This document shows, in pieces, positions 17,278 through 35,108 of a stretch of 64,000 nucleotides of DNA; position 1 is the first letter of the stretch; each line of letters starts with the position of its first letter. The notes below the pieces were generated by a model. That model saw only the letters and a list, made by a program, of their open reading frames with translations. It ran no database searches and was not told the DNA's origin. Where the stretch lies: assembly GCF_009914755.1 (NCBI RefSeq), contig NC_060943.1; one strand, written 5' to 3'. The DNA comes from the human T2T-CHM13v2.0 reference genome, Homo sapiens. The position numbers were made by a program, and so were the translations under genes.

Positions 17278-17752
17278 TGTATTAGTTTTCTACTGCCATG
17301 AGGTAGTGGCTTAAAATAATACAAATCTATTATCATATAGTTCAGTAGAAGTCTGAGTTGGGTCTTACTAGGCTAAAATCAAGGTGTTGGTAGGGCTGTG
17401 TTCCTTTCTGGAAGCTCCAGGGGAGAATTCGTTTTCTTATGTTTTCCAGCTTCTAGAGGCCACCAACATTCCTTGGCTTAAGGCCCACTTCCTCTATCTA
17501 GTAAGCAATGTGGCATCTCTCTGACCATTCTTCTGCGGTCACATCTCCCTCTGACTTTAAACTCAGCCAGGAAAGGTTCACTGACTTTAAGGACCCATGT
17601 CATTATATTAGTCCAACAAGATAATCGCCCCCATTTCAAGGTTCTTAACTTTATCCCCTTTGCAAAGTCCTTTTTGCCATATAAGGTAGCATCGTCCTAG
17701 TTTCCAGGGATTAGGAAGTAAACATTGGTTGCAGGGCCATCATTCTGCCTAC
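17278..17752 (-). mobile_element. MLT1 (MLT1E-like) MaLR LTR
   Basis: tgtattagttttct...ggctaaaatcaaggtgttgg...cattctgcctacc is antisense MLT1. Confidence 0.75.
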
Positions 17753-17801
17753 CTTGACCCCCCTTCTATCTTAAGCTTCCTTCTTTCTGAGAGATACTCA
17801 G

Positions 17802-18700
<899 letters not shown>

Positions 18701-19771
18701 GAAATCATCTTTCACTATCCCACGCTATCTCTCCAAAACTGACTTGAATCCAACCAGAATAAATGTCAATCCAACCTTGTATTTATATTTATCTACTATA
18801 AGAAGTCCCAGAATTTCTAGTCAACTGTCTTTTCGGACATTGTATACCATCAAGTCTCATTTGTCCCCTTTTCTCATTCTTCCCAACTTTCAACACTTTT
18901 CCTGTATGCCTTCATAATGGAATTCATAATTCATTAACAACCAACTCCTCTTTTATCTTCAACCACTTCCTTGAACACGCCCTAACATTCTGAGTCTAAC
19001 AGAAACTAGGCTGTATCTGGAGGACTCTGCAGCCCTCTCAACATTTCCCCAGCTACAGCCTCTTACCAGCGGGTCTGAAAATGGAACAGATGGCCGGCCT
19101 CCTTGTTGTTCACTACCTTCAGACCTTTCTTCCTCCCTCCACAAACTCTAGTTTTGAATTTCCTGCCATGAGATTGTATATAACTCACCACATCTCACTT
19201 TTGTTGACCTCTACCAAACACAGGGTATTTTCCCCCTATATCTGAAATCTTCAGCTCATGGTTTACTCTCTGCAGCGCGATTACCCTTTTCTATTTTTTT
19301 TAATTCTTGCATTTTTAACTACACCCACACAGATGAGCCTTGTTTACTTACCCTTGCCTGGACTTTTCCCCCCTCTCGTGGCTCATTTCCAACAACATGT
19401 TGATGGGTGGTTGTTCCCCAGCCGTCTTCCCCAGCCCTCTACCCCAACCTGCTGCTCCATTTCTCTGCTCTAATTTACGGAGAAACTCTTGAACTATGTT
19501 GTCTACACTGTGTCCCATTCTTCTCCCCTCCTTCTAGGTTGCCCCCACTCCAATCCAGCTACGGGCCAGCACAAAAACTGCTCCCCACACATTCACGAAG
19601 GACTATGCCTGTCACTCAACGCAAAGCTCAATTCTTTGTTTTTGGCCCCATAGCGGCTGCTATCACCACCTTTACGAACGTGGTCACGCACAACGCGACG
19701 CAGTCATAATCACGTACATACAGTCACATTTAAATAGTCCATTAGGGTCACACACAGCGCCTGTCAACGTC

Positions 19772-19823
19772 GTGTGCGCGTGCGCACACACACACACACA
19801 CACACATACACACACACACACAC
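19772..19823. repeat. (GC/CA)n alternating purine-pyrimidine tract
   Basis: gtgtgcgcgtgcgcacacaca... visible in ZNF790 intron 1. Confidence 0.9.
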
Positions 19824-20014
19824 AAGCTCCCGTCGCGGCCCCAGCTCCTGCATCAATTTCACTCTCGCATCCACTGCTCCCATCGCGATCGCTCGCCCCC
19901 ACGCTCCCTCGCCGGCAAAGCCACCAACTCCAAAGACATTAGCACCTCACTCCCCTCAGCCCCGGCCTCGGGCCCTCCGGAGTCATTCGGCTTCTGTGTC
20001 TCGGAATCACTCAC

Positions 20015-20070
20015 CCGGCCCTGCGGTCCCTTGATGGTGGAAGGTTCCGCGATCTTTCTATTAACCCTAA
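20015..20070 (-). other. ZNF790: ZNF790 non-coding first exon (5' end approximate)
   Basis: Donor CGG|gtgagt at 20015/20014 inside the CpG island, downstream of two ZNF143-type motifs and followed by a GT-rich intron start. Confidence 0.65.
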
Positions 20071-20108
20071 AGGGACAGAGTGCTGACAGGAAGTTGCCCG
20101 GGGAACGG

Positions 20109-20130
20109 TGCACTCTGGGAAATGTAGTCC
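20109..20130 (-). promoter_or_regulatory. ZNF143/THAP11-type SBS motif
   Basis: Minus strand reads GGACTACATTTCCCAGAGTGCA. Confidence 0.85.
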
Positions 20131-20394
20131 GGAGCCTGGGCCGTCTTTAACTGCCCCGGACACCGCGGTCACCATTAACGGACCCTGCATTTGAGCCCCA
20201 TCCCCTCGCTGGGCAAAGACCATCGCCCACACACCGCTCACATCTGCTGCCGAGAGCTTCCAGAATTCCAGGCCGCGTTTAGGAAGCTTCAGCGGAGGCA
20301 TGCAGGCTGCCCTACCTCTGCAAAAGGCTCCCAGCCCTGGGAACAGGACAGTAAGCCCAGGCCATCTTAGGCTGGAAGTAACCTTGGTCCCGAC

Positions 20395-20414
20395 GGCCCT
20401 GGGAAATGTAGTCC
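20395..20414 (-). promoter_or_regulatory. ZNF143/THAP11-type SBS motif (second copy)
   Basis: Minus strand reads GGACTACATTTCCCAGGGCC. Confidence 0.8.
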
Positions 20415-21098
20415 AGAGCCTGGAACACTGCAGAAATGCCCCGGGGGGATGGTGCGATGGTTTTCAGTAGGAGCTCGCTGCGTGGGCCTCTGACCTATGT
20501 GGCATGGCGGGAAAGTCCTACAAGACTGTGCCAAGCGAGTGGCGAGTCTGTCCCGTCTCTGCCCGAGCCTCGGCCCGGCTGGGTGGACACCTCTTGTCCC
20601 ACAAGTACCAGCCTGGGATAGAACGAAGGGGAAACGATCCATGGGACACAGCTACATGCCCAGCCCTATAGGGGTACCCTGTCTGGGAATCCATGAGAAC
20701 TCTTCCTAATACCTTATTCCCATCCTCCAATCGCCCTTAAAGTGTTTGGTTTCAATTAATGTTTATAGTAACATTAGTACTGTTTTGTAAATTCCATTCA
20801 TGCCATTCTTTTTGCTGAAGTACACACTTGCCAGTTTTCATTTGCTTCTCTTTTAGATGTACATCATTTCAATCTACATCTAAACTTTCTGACAGAGGAG
20901 TAATTTTTTTCAGTACTTTCAAACTTATCAGGTAACTAAAATAGTTGTTTCTTTTTTTATTGTGAAACAGAAAATACTTGAAGTGCATAAAATGTGTAAG
21001 TTCAGTATAACTCCACACAAGTGTTGGTATCTCAAGAACAAATGCCCATTCTATGTGATCATTTCTCTTTTTGTTTGTTTGTTTGTTGTTTTTTTTGA

Positions 21099-21206
<108 letters not shown>

Positions 21207-21554
21207 TAGCTGGGACTACAGGTGTGTGCCATCACACTCAGCTAATTTTTATAGAGACAGGGTCTCGCCATGTTGGCCAGGCTGGTCTCGAACTCCTGGG
21301 CTCAAGTGATCCTCCCAAGTAGGCCTCACAAAGTACTGGCATTACAGGCATGAGTCACTGCACATAACCTGTGTGATCATTTCTGATACCCAGCTCCAGC
21401 TCCAGCTGATCTTTAGGGTATTAATAATATCTTGGCTCTTTAATAGTTTTAATCTCTCAGCTGGACGCGGTGGCTCACGCCTGTAATCCCAGCACTTTGG
21501 GAGGCTGAGGAGGGTGGATCACCTGAGGTCAGGAGTTCGAGACCAGCTTGGCTA

Positions 21555-22450
<896 letters not shown>

Positions 22451-22749
22451 CTAAAGATGTATGGTTTTCAGCAACATCAAATTACAAGACACATGAAAAG
22501 GCAAGAAAAATCATGACACTCAAGACATAAAAGCAAAAAGCAACAACAAACAAATAGAGGTAGACTCAGGTAGGATCTCCCCAGGAGCTTGAGGCTGCAG
22601 TGAACTGTGATTGCACCACTGCACTCTAGCCTGGGCAACAAAGCAAGACCCTACCTCAAAAATTAAAAGAAAAGAAAAAGATATGATGTAGATGTTGGAA
22701 CTATCTAAAAAGGAATTTAAAATATTATTAATATTTTCAAAGCTTTACC

Positions 22750-22956
22750 ATAATGTTTTTCAACCAGAGGTGATTTTGTTCTCCAGGAGATATACAGCAC
22801 AGTATGAAGTTCTTGGTAGTCACAACTGGAGAGGTACAATTTGCATTTAGAGGACAGAGGTCAGGGAAGCTGCTAAATACACTACAAGCACAGGATAGCT
22901 TGCCACAACAAAGAATTATCCAGTCCCAAATAATGGTCCAAGGTTGAGATGCCCTA
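22750..22956. mobile_element. MER20 hAT-Charlie DNA transposon
   Basis: gaggtcagggaagctgctaaatac...cacaacaaagaattatccagtcccaaat...ggttgaga matches MER20. Confidence 0.8.
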
Positions 22957-23003
22957 AGTAATCAAGACAGTGTGTTTTTGGTGAAGGACAGAAAGATAGA
23001 TTA

Positions 23004-23318
<315 letters not shown>

Positions 23319-24275
23319 TTAGGCCAAGGCAGGCGGATCACCTAAGATCAGGAGTTCAAGACCAGCCTGTCCAACATGGCGAAATCCCATCTCTACTAAA
23401 AAATACAAAAATTAGCTGGATGTGGTAAGGCAGGGAGAATTGCTTGAACCCAGGAAGTGGAAGTTGCAGTGAGCCGAGATCACACCACTGCACTGCAGCC
23501 TGGAGGACATAGCAAGACTCCATCTCGGGGTGGGGGGTGGGGGGAGGGGAGAAGTTATTATTATTTTTTTTTGTAGAGACAAGGTTTCACTATGTTGCCC
23601 TGGCTGGTCTCAAACTCCTGGCCTGAAGCGCCCCTCCCGCCTCTGCCTCCCAAAGTGCTTGGATTACAGGCATGAACCACCACTCCTAGCCTATAAAACT
23701 TTTTTAGGAACACATAAAAGAAAGTGTACATGACCTGCAGTTAGATGAAGGGTTCTTAGACATGACAACAAAAGCACAATCCATAAAAGAACAACTTGAT
23801 ATACTGGACTTCATAGAAAATGTAAACGTCTGCTATTGAAGTAACACCGTTAAGGAGAAAGACATGGGATAGATTGGGAGAAAATATTTGTAAATCATAT
23901 ATCAGGCAGAGGACTTGTATCCAGAATATATAGAGAACCTTCAAAACTCAACAAGTAAACAAATAACCTCAAGCTTAAAATGTGCAAAGGGCATAAACGG
24001 AAATAAAAAGATAGATACCAGGAAAAAATATTATAAAATGTGCCTATATGAGATTTATAAATCACTAATTTCCACCATATATAAAGTGCTCATACATTTC
24101 AATAAAAGTGAATAATATTTCTAGAATTTAAAAAATTAGTATTATAGTGAGACAGACAAAGGAAACATAGTTCATGGAAATAATAAGTTTTAAATATTTA
24201 AAAAGGTATTCACCTTCATATCCAATGAAACAAAGTTAATAATATAGTCAGAATGAAACTATAAAAGTCACTTTA

Positions 24276-24461
<186 letters not shown>

Positions 24462-24576
24462 TCACAAGGTCAGGAGTTCGAGAGCAGCCTGGCCAACATG
24501 GTGACACCCTGTCTCTACTAAAAATACAAAAAATTAGCTGGGCGTAGTGGCGGATGCCTGTAATCCCAGCTACTCA

Positions 24577-24678
<102 letters not shown>

Positions 24679-25832
24679 TCAAAAAAAAAAAAAAAAAAAA
24701 AGACATGAAGGAGTGTTTGGGACAACCAGGAATAGCGTAGTCAAGACTATAGATTGTAGGTAATCACAGACATTGTGCAGCCACATTTTTCCTGGATTAT
24801 TTGCCAATTCTTGGCAAAGGGCAGAAGGATCCAGACTGCTAGGACTTTAGTTTTCTGGGCCTAAAAACACAACATTGGAGACTTTATGGGCCAAGATCCC
24901 TGTGAGAAAAGAGGGACACAGACTTGAACTCTACATAAGGCTGGTTTTCTTCTCAAGACAGTTACCCATTTCTGAAACTGGTTGGGTCAGGAGGCTCAGG
25001 AACTTAGGCGGAAAGCTTCCAAAAAGCAGCAGAGTTTTTGGTAGTCTTGCTGGATTAAGAAGACAAAGATTTTGAGTTCAGGCCCTGTCAGGGGAAGGTG
25101 CCTTGGTGAACACACCAGATCCTCCTGAAACCCTGATGGGCTACGTCCTAGGAGCAGGCAAACCAGAAGCACAATGAACCTCCACAACCGTAATGGAGCC
25201 CTGACTCAACTCAATCACTGATTAAATGAAGGTCATCAGCCCCTACTTGATCTGCCCAGTAAAGGAAAGGATGAATTCTCTAAAGGAAGATATTATCTGC
25301 AGCCTCTACTATTTTTATACACCAGTCCAGAATTTAATTTTAAAAAGTATTAAGCATGCCGAGACAGGACTGTATGACAGAAAACTCTGAAAAAACAAAC
25401 AGGTCGGCCAGGCACAGTGGCTCACACCTGTAATCCCAGCACTTTGGGAGGCCAAGGTGGGTGGATCACCTGAGGTTGGGAGTTCGAGACCAGCCTGACA
25501 AATATGGAGAAACCCCGTCTCTACTAAAAATACAAAATTAGCCGGGCATGGTGGCACATGTCTGTAATCCCAGCTGCTCGGGAGGCTGAGGCAGGAGAGT
25601 TGCTTGAACCCAGAGGTGGAGGGTGCAGTGAGCCGAGATTGCACCATTGCACTCCAGCCTTGGCAACAAGAGCGAAACTCCATCTCAAAAAAAAAAAAAA
25701 ATTAAAAAAAAAAAAAAGGCCGGGCAGGGTGACTGATTCCTGTAATCCCAGCACTTTGGGAATGCCTGGGTGGATTGCTTGAGCCCAGGAGTTTGAGATC
25801 AGCCTGGGCAATATGGCAAAACCTCACCTCTA

Positions 25833-26333
<501 letters not shown>

Positions 26334-26445
26334 CTAGAATTCTATAGTCAGTAAAAATCTCCTTCAAAAAAGAAAGGATAAAAAGACATTTCAGACAGAC
26401 CATGAGAATCCATTGCCATCAGAACACCACTAAAAGAAATACTAG

Positions 26446-26792
<347 letters not shown>

Positions 26793-26990
26793 TCAGATGA
26801 AACAGAAAGAAATTTAGGCCAGGCACAGTGGCTAATACTAGTAATCCCAGCAATCTGGGAGGCCAAGGTGGAGGTTCATTTGCATCTAGGAGTTCAAGAC
26901 CAGCCTGAGCAATATAGCAAGACTTTGCCTCTACAAAAAATCAAAAATTAGCTGGGCGTGGTGGCGCACACCTGCGGTTCCAGCTACTCA

Positions 26991-27212
<222 letters not shown>

Positions 27213-27435
27213 TTAAATAACAAAAATAAAGCAAAAATGAGGATGGAGGTAAATGGAGTTAAAGTGTCCCAAGGTCCTCTAGCAGTATTGGGGAAATGGT
27301 AAAGTCAATAATTTGTCCTAGACTAAAAGAAAGAGGAATGCTGTAATCTTTCAGGTAATCACTAAAAGATTTTTAAAAACATGTACAACAAATTGACAGA
27401 AAAAATGGATCCACCTTTGGCTTTGCAGAAAATGA

Positions 27436-27871
<436 letters not shown>

Positions 27872-28626
27872 TGAGGACAGGAAATCTTGGCTGTTCTGTT
27901 CACTGATATTTTCCTAGTGCCTAGAATAGCACCTGGCACAGATAAGGAGCTCAATGAGGCCAGGCGCAGTGGCTCACGCCTGTAGTCCCAGCACTTTGGG
28001 AGGACGATGCGGGCAGATCACAAGATCACGAGGTCAGGAGATCGAGACCATCCTGGCTAACACAGTGAAACCCTGTCTCTACTAAAAATACAAAAATTAG
28101 CCGGGCATGGTGGCAGGCGCCTGCAGTCCCAGCTACTCGGGAGGCTGAGGCAGAAGAATTCTTGAACCCGGGAAGCGGAGGTTGCAGTGAGCCGAGACAG
28201 TGCCACTGCACTCCAGCCTGGGCGACAGAGCGAGACTCCGTCTCAAAAAAAAAAAGAGCTCAATGAATATCTGCTGAATGAAGAAATACAATGGTTGACA
28301 GGAACAGGAAATAGGAACTTTCATACATTTCTGGTTGGAATAAAAATTAGTTCACCATTTGTGGAAGGTAAATACTTACATAGCCTCTGTGTTCTAACTG
28401 CATTTCCTTAGATTCTCTATTAGTCTATTTGGCACTCGTTCATCAAGAGGCCAATTATATTAACTATATTTTCTTATTTTCTGTATTCTTGATGCTCTGG
28501 CATTTGGGGACCTTACCAAAAACAGGGAGAGGCTGCTCCTCTCAGGGCTAATTCCTAAAGATAATCACAGTTTTCCAATGAGCACAGCTTACATATGCAA
28601 ACCAACCAATCCTGAGTCTATACCTC

Positions 28627-30100
<1,474 letters not shown>

Positions 30101-30128
30101 CAGGCGTTTTCTTTTTTCTGTTTTTTAG

Positions 30129-30264
30129 GAGACATTGGTGGGGTAAACATACAAAAATGTGATTGCCTCACTCAACCAAGAGCCTTAGCCATAATTAAAA
30201 GATGTTCAGATGGAGCTGTACAGGAATGTGATGCTGGAGAACTAGAGCAACAGAGCCACATTAG
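30129..30264 (+). pseudogene. Fossil KRAB-A exon with four in-frame stops
   Basis: ttttctgttttttag|...TTAG|gtatag, 136 bp, phase 0/1. Translates ETLVG*TYKNVIASLNQEP*P*LKDVQMELYRNVMLEN*SNRATLG, colinear without gaps with KRAB-A. Confidence 0.85.
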
Positions 30265-30287
30265 GTATAGATCGCTTGCCTGTATAG

Positions 30288-30835
<548 letters not shown>

Positions 30836-31956
30836 TGAGCTCAAGTGATCCTCCTGCCTCAGCCTTCCAAAGTGCTGAGATCACAGGCATGAACCACCAT
30901 GCCCGGCCCTTCCTGCCATTGTTAAAAGCTTCAGGATTATATTTTACATCAGCATTTCCTGTTGTCATACACTTCCTGCCATCATATTTCGGCAACCTCT
31001 ACCACCTCCCAAAGTTTCTAGCTTAAAAAATTATTGATTTCCTCCTAGCTCCCCTTTCTGTCAGTTTTTTAATTTTATATTTGTTTTCAAATGAGTCCTC
31101 ACATTGATTTTAAAAATTTAACAAGAGTATAGTGAAAAGGAAGTTCCCCTTTCACTATTTATCTTCCCCATATGCATCTATTATGACGGGTTTCTTTTTT
31201 AAACTACTTGGAGTACTCATAACTGATTTTGTACTCTAGTTCAGAAGAAATGTCTGAATGTTAAATGTTTACATAAAAAATGCTATTTTATTATATCAGT
31301 AATGGAGCTTCCCCCCTTTAAAACTGCTGCACCAGGAAGATACAACCTTGTTATCACAATTTAAAGAGAAAATGAGACTTGGAGGTTCAGATTCCTCCAC
31401 AGTCATAGTATCAGCTACCCACGCAGTGACCCACATTCAGGTGATTACACACACTCATACACAGATCCATACACGATCTTGCCCCCCCCACCTCCACACA
31501 CTCAATATGACCTCCCCACGCCCAAAGCTGCACACATCTTGACCTCACTTCTCTCACACACACACCAATCTGACCCGCACGCGGTTTCTTTCACTCAACT
31601 ACCCAGACACCCCTCATCCCACCAGCACAAGCAGGCCCACCGCGGTCTCACACACACTCGAGCCTTCCTTTGCCCAGTCTCACATGCATGACTGGGATCG
31701 CGGATTTGTCCCCTTCCGACTCCCCATGCTGGTTCGGTCCCAGACGCTCAGGTGCCACATTGGGGTGCGCTCTCCCGGCTCCTCCACACGCTACGCAGCT
31801 GCCCGCCTCAAGAGCGTCTGCGTGCTTCCAGCGTTAAGTGGAATTCCAAGCAGCCTCCGGGGCACAGTTAGTCTGGTCACTGCGGCCAGACTGCCGCCTC
31901 AGGACCCAGAGAACGCAGCACACTTTAGTTGGGCCCATCTATCCCCGGCGAGGCTT

Positions 31957-31975
31957 GGACTACGTTTCCCAGGAG
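31957..31975 (+). promoter_or_regulatory. ZNF143/THAP11-type SBS motif
   Basis: GGACTACGTTTCCCAGGAG. Confidence 0.7.
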
Positions 31976-32043
31976 ACCCTGCGGTCCAGTATGTCTCCCG
32001 AGGAGGGGCGGAAGCCCGGGAGCCGCCCTCTGAGGCTGGGCGG

Positions 32044-32345
32044 GGTGAAAGAAAGCTTGCCCCAGAGGACTTAAACAGGCAAGAAGGACTTGGTTAAAGA
32101 CTATTGCAATAGTCAACTTCCAATACAACAGCAGCTGGAGATTTATAGCTAACGGGCTGGGTGAAGGAGTTAAAGGATGCTAAATTACTAAGAGGAAGTT
32201 AAGTATCAAGAGTGGGGGGATTGTTACTAAACTGGCTTAGCTGGATTCTTGCTGAAGTGCTGTTCGCAGGCTATGGAGGAGGCCTGGCCAAGCAAAAAGG
32301 GCTCAGAGGAGCCTGACTAAAGCTTGGTCTAGGGACTCCTTGTCA
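32044..32345 (-). mobile_element. MER31-like ERV1 solo LTR inside the promoter island
   Basis: Minus strand starts TGACAAGGAGTCCCTAGACCAAGCTTTAGTCAGGCTCCTCTGAGCCC, has GCTATAAAT and CTATTGCAATAGTC, ends CTTTCTTTCACC; matches the recalled MER31 consensus; forms a CpG-poor gap in the island. Confidence 0.75.
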
Positions 32346-32469
32346 GGTGAGACTCCCGGAAGGCTCCGATGGGCAGCTCACCTCAAAGAGATAGTTTTGT
32401 TGGTGCCAGAGTCCGCGCCAGGGGAATCGGGATGGCTGGGCTGTAGCTTTCGGCAACCTGTCGCTTTCT

Positions 32470-32491
32470 GGACTACACTTCCCAGAAGCCT
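32470..32491 (+). promoter_or_regulatory. ZNF143/THAP11-type SBS motif
   Basis: GGACTACACTTCCCAGAAGCCT. Confidence 0.85.
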
Positions 32492-32539
32492 CTAGGCCCA
32501 GGGCACTCTCCCGCGATAACTAGATTGTCTCTTGAGGAG

Positions 32540-32650
32540 TGGGCGGGATCTTCCCGCGGATTTGGGCAAGCGGCCTTGGGGCTTTGTGAGATAGCTAGGG
32601 TCGACTTGTGTGGATTCTAGTAGAACGGAGCTGACCCTATCCGAACAGGC
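32540..32650 (+). other. ZNF345: ZNF345 non-coding first exon (5' end approximate)
   Basis: Donor GGC|gtaagt at 32650/32651, downstream of an SBS motif, followed by a GT-rich intron. Confidence 0.65.
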
Positions 32651-33511
32651 GTAAGTGAGGCGGCTCGGAGCCTGGCGCGACAGGAACTCCCGACCTGTGT
32701 GGGCTGCGTGGGGAACAGGCTAAGGAGCGATTGTGAGGAGTGTGTACGGTTGTGACTGGGGGCGTGTGTCTGTGCGACCGTGTATGGAACTGTGAGGGCG
32801 GGGAGGAGGACTTTTTGTTTATGTTTGTGCGGGTGTGAGTAGAGTTTAATTGTGACCGGGTTGGGCACTGTGTTTGCGAGTGTGAGGTTCCTGGACCGCG
32901 GTTGTGACTGTATGTCCCCTTGGGGTGTGTGTGTGTGTGTTTACTACCATTTGCCGAACTGTGTGTAGTATGCCTTAATTTTGAGGTTTGTGGCTGCTTC
33001 CGTGTGTGTGTGTGCGCGCGCGTTGGTGATATTGTTGATGGAGGGTGCGTGTGAATTTGTTGTCATTGTGACCCCAAGGTGTATGTCACTGGGAATTTGA
33101 GAGATGCCCACGGACTCTGTGGTTGTGTCCGTGTCTACCCCCGTGGTGTGTATGAGTGTGTGATTGTGTGTTGTGTTTAGGTTTGGGGTGCCTGTGACGT
33201 TTATGTCCCTGCGGTGTGAGTGAGTTTGTGTGACTATGTGTCCGTATAGCCAATGTAGGTATGGGGAGTCTTTGTCTTTGTGACTTCAGCCATTGGAGAC
33301 CCCTGTGAGCTCAGGGACAGGTTCTGCCCAGAACGGCATTGACCCTACCGTTGTCTGTGATGCCCGGATTAAGCAGGATGCCCTAGACTTCTCTGACCTT
33401 CCTCTGTAGGTGATGGGCAGTAGGGGCTGAGCAAAGATAACTTCTGACATAGTCAAACCAACTCCCTCTCAGAAGAACCTGATGTTTCCTGACTGCTTTC
33501 TCCTTCCTCAG

Positions 33512-33586
33512 CCCTGCCCTGCTTGGATAGAGGCCTCCGAACAGGAGTAAAGAATGGCTGTTGAACATCCACAAGGCACCTGCAAG
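33512..33586 (+). other. ZNF345: ZNF345 5' exon 2 (75 bp) carrying an upstream ATG at 33554
   Basis: Acceptor ctgactgctttctccttcctcag|, donor AAG|gtagct; size, position and start (CCCTGC vs CTCTGC) resemble ZNF790 exon 2. Confidence 0.65.
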
Positions 33587-34182
33587 GTAGCTTGTCCTGT
33601 CCTCTTGTTTAAGAAAAATCCCTTTTTCTTTGTCAGGACATAGTTGCTTTCCTTCTCTTGAAAATTCTTGCCTATGAGATGACCTGATCCCTGGAGTTTC
33701 CATTTTGAGAAAATGTGGTGTCTTCAAACCCCACCTCCCACACCTGATTTTCCCTTACTGATTTGTCAGATGGTTTTAATTTTTCTTTTTCTTTTTTTTT
33801 TCTTTCTTTCTTTTTTTTTTTTTTTTTTTGAGACAGAATTACAGGCGTGAGCTGCTGTGCCCGGCCTTATCCTTCTACTCTTGATGGACATTTGTCTTGT
33901 AATTTTTGGCTACTACAGGCAGTGTGACTATGATCATTTTGTGCGCATATTTTGGTACACATTTGCTTGCATTTCTTTAGAATATATACCTAGTGATTAA
34001 ATTGCTGATAGTGGCTGGATGCAGTGGCTCATGCCTGTAATCCCAGCACTTTGGGGGGCCAAGGCGGGCGGATCACGAGGTCAAGAGATCAAGATCATCC
34101 TGGCCAACATGAGGAAACCCCGTCTCTACTAAAAACACAAAAATTAGCTGGGCGTGGTGGCACGCGCCTGTAGTCCCAGCTA

Positions 34183-34362
<180 letters not shown>

Positions 34363-34949
34363 CTAAAGATACTGTACTTATGCCAGCAGTTTACAAGAGT
34401 TTTCTTAGCTCCACATCCATGCTAGACATCATAAAACTCTTAAATTTTTGCCAATCTGGTGGGTGTCTAATGTTATATTTAATTTAAATTTCCTTTATTG
34501 CTAATAAAGTTGAGCATTGATTCTTGGCCATTTGAATGTCCCCTTTTTTGTTTTTTTTGTTTTTTTTTTTTGAGACTGAGTCTCTATTGCCCAGGCTGGA
34601 GTGCAGTTGAATGTCCCCTTTTATAAGGTGTTGTTCAAATATTTGACCAATTTTTAATTGGGTTTTTCTCTGATTTACGGCAGTTGTACATATGTGTATA
34701 TATCTTCTGTAAATTAATCTTTTTTCAGTTGTATGTGTGATAAGTATTTTCACCTGCTCTGGTTTGACTTTTCACTCTATGTGGTGCCTTTTGACAAATA
34801 GAAGTTCTGGATTTCATTGTAATAAAATCATTTCCTATGGTTAGTCTTGTTTAAGAAATTTTTGTCTACCTCAAGATAATGAAGATTTTCTTTGGTCTTA
34901 AAGCCAAAAGCTTGCTTTCTTTCTTTCTTTTTTTTTTTTTTTTTTTTGA

Positions 34950-35108
<159 letters not shown>

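Larger units (their letters stand above)
19660..20600. promoter_or_regulatory. CpG island, ZNF790 proximal promoter
   Basis: GC- and CpG-rich relative to flanks; contains two ACTACAnnTCCCAG motifs and a splice donor. Confidence 0.85.
31570..32900. promoter_or_regulatory. CpG island, ZNF345 promoter; probably bidirectional and a distal ZNF790 promoter
   Basis: CpG-rich; two SBS motifs; GC box GGGGCGG at 32005-32011; donors on both strands; CA-rich left flank and GT-rich right flank. Confidence 0.85.

Noticed and set aside
23527-23549. G-quadruplex-like run between two Alus
   Set aside because: Isolated low-complexity tract with no functional context.
30930-31030. Possible KRAB-B relic after the fossil KRAB-A (ttcag|[15 protein letters not shown])
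   Set aside because: Only faint resemblance; no EPW motif or donor.
32509-32518. TCTCGCGAGA-like (BANP) motif TCCCGCGATA
   Set aside because: Mismatch in the core; too weak to call.
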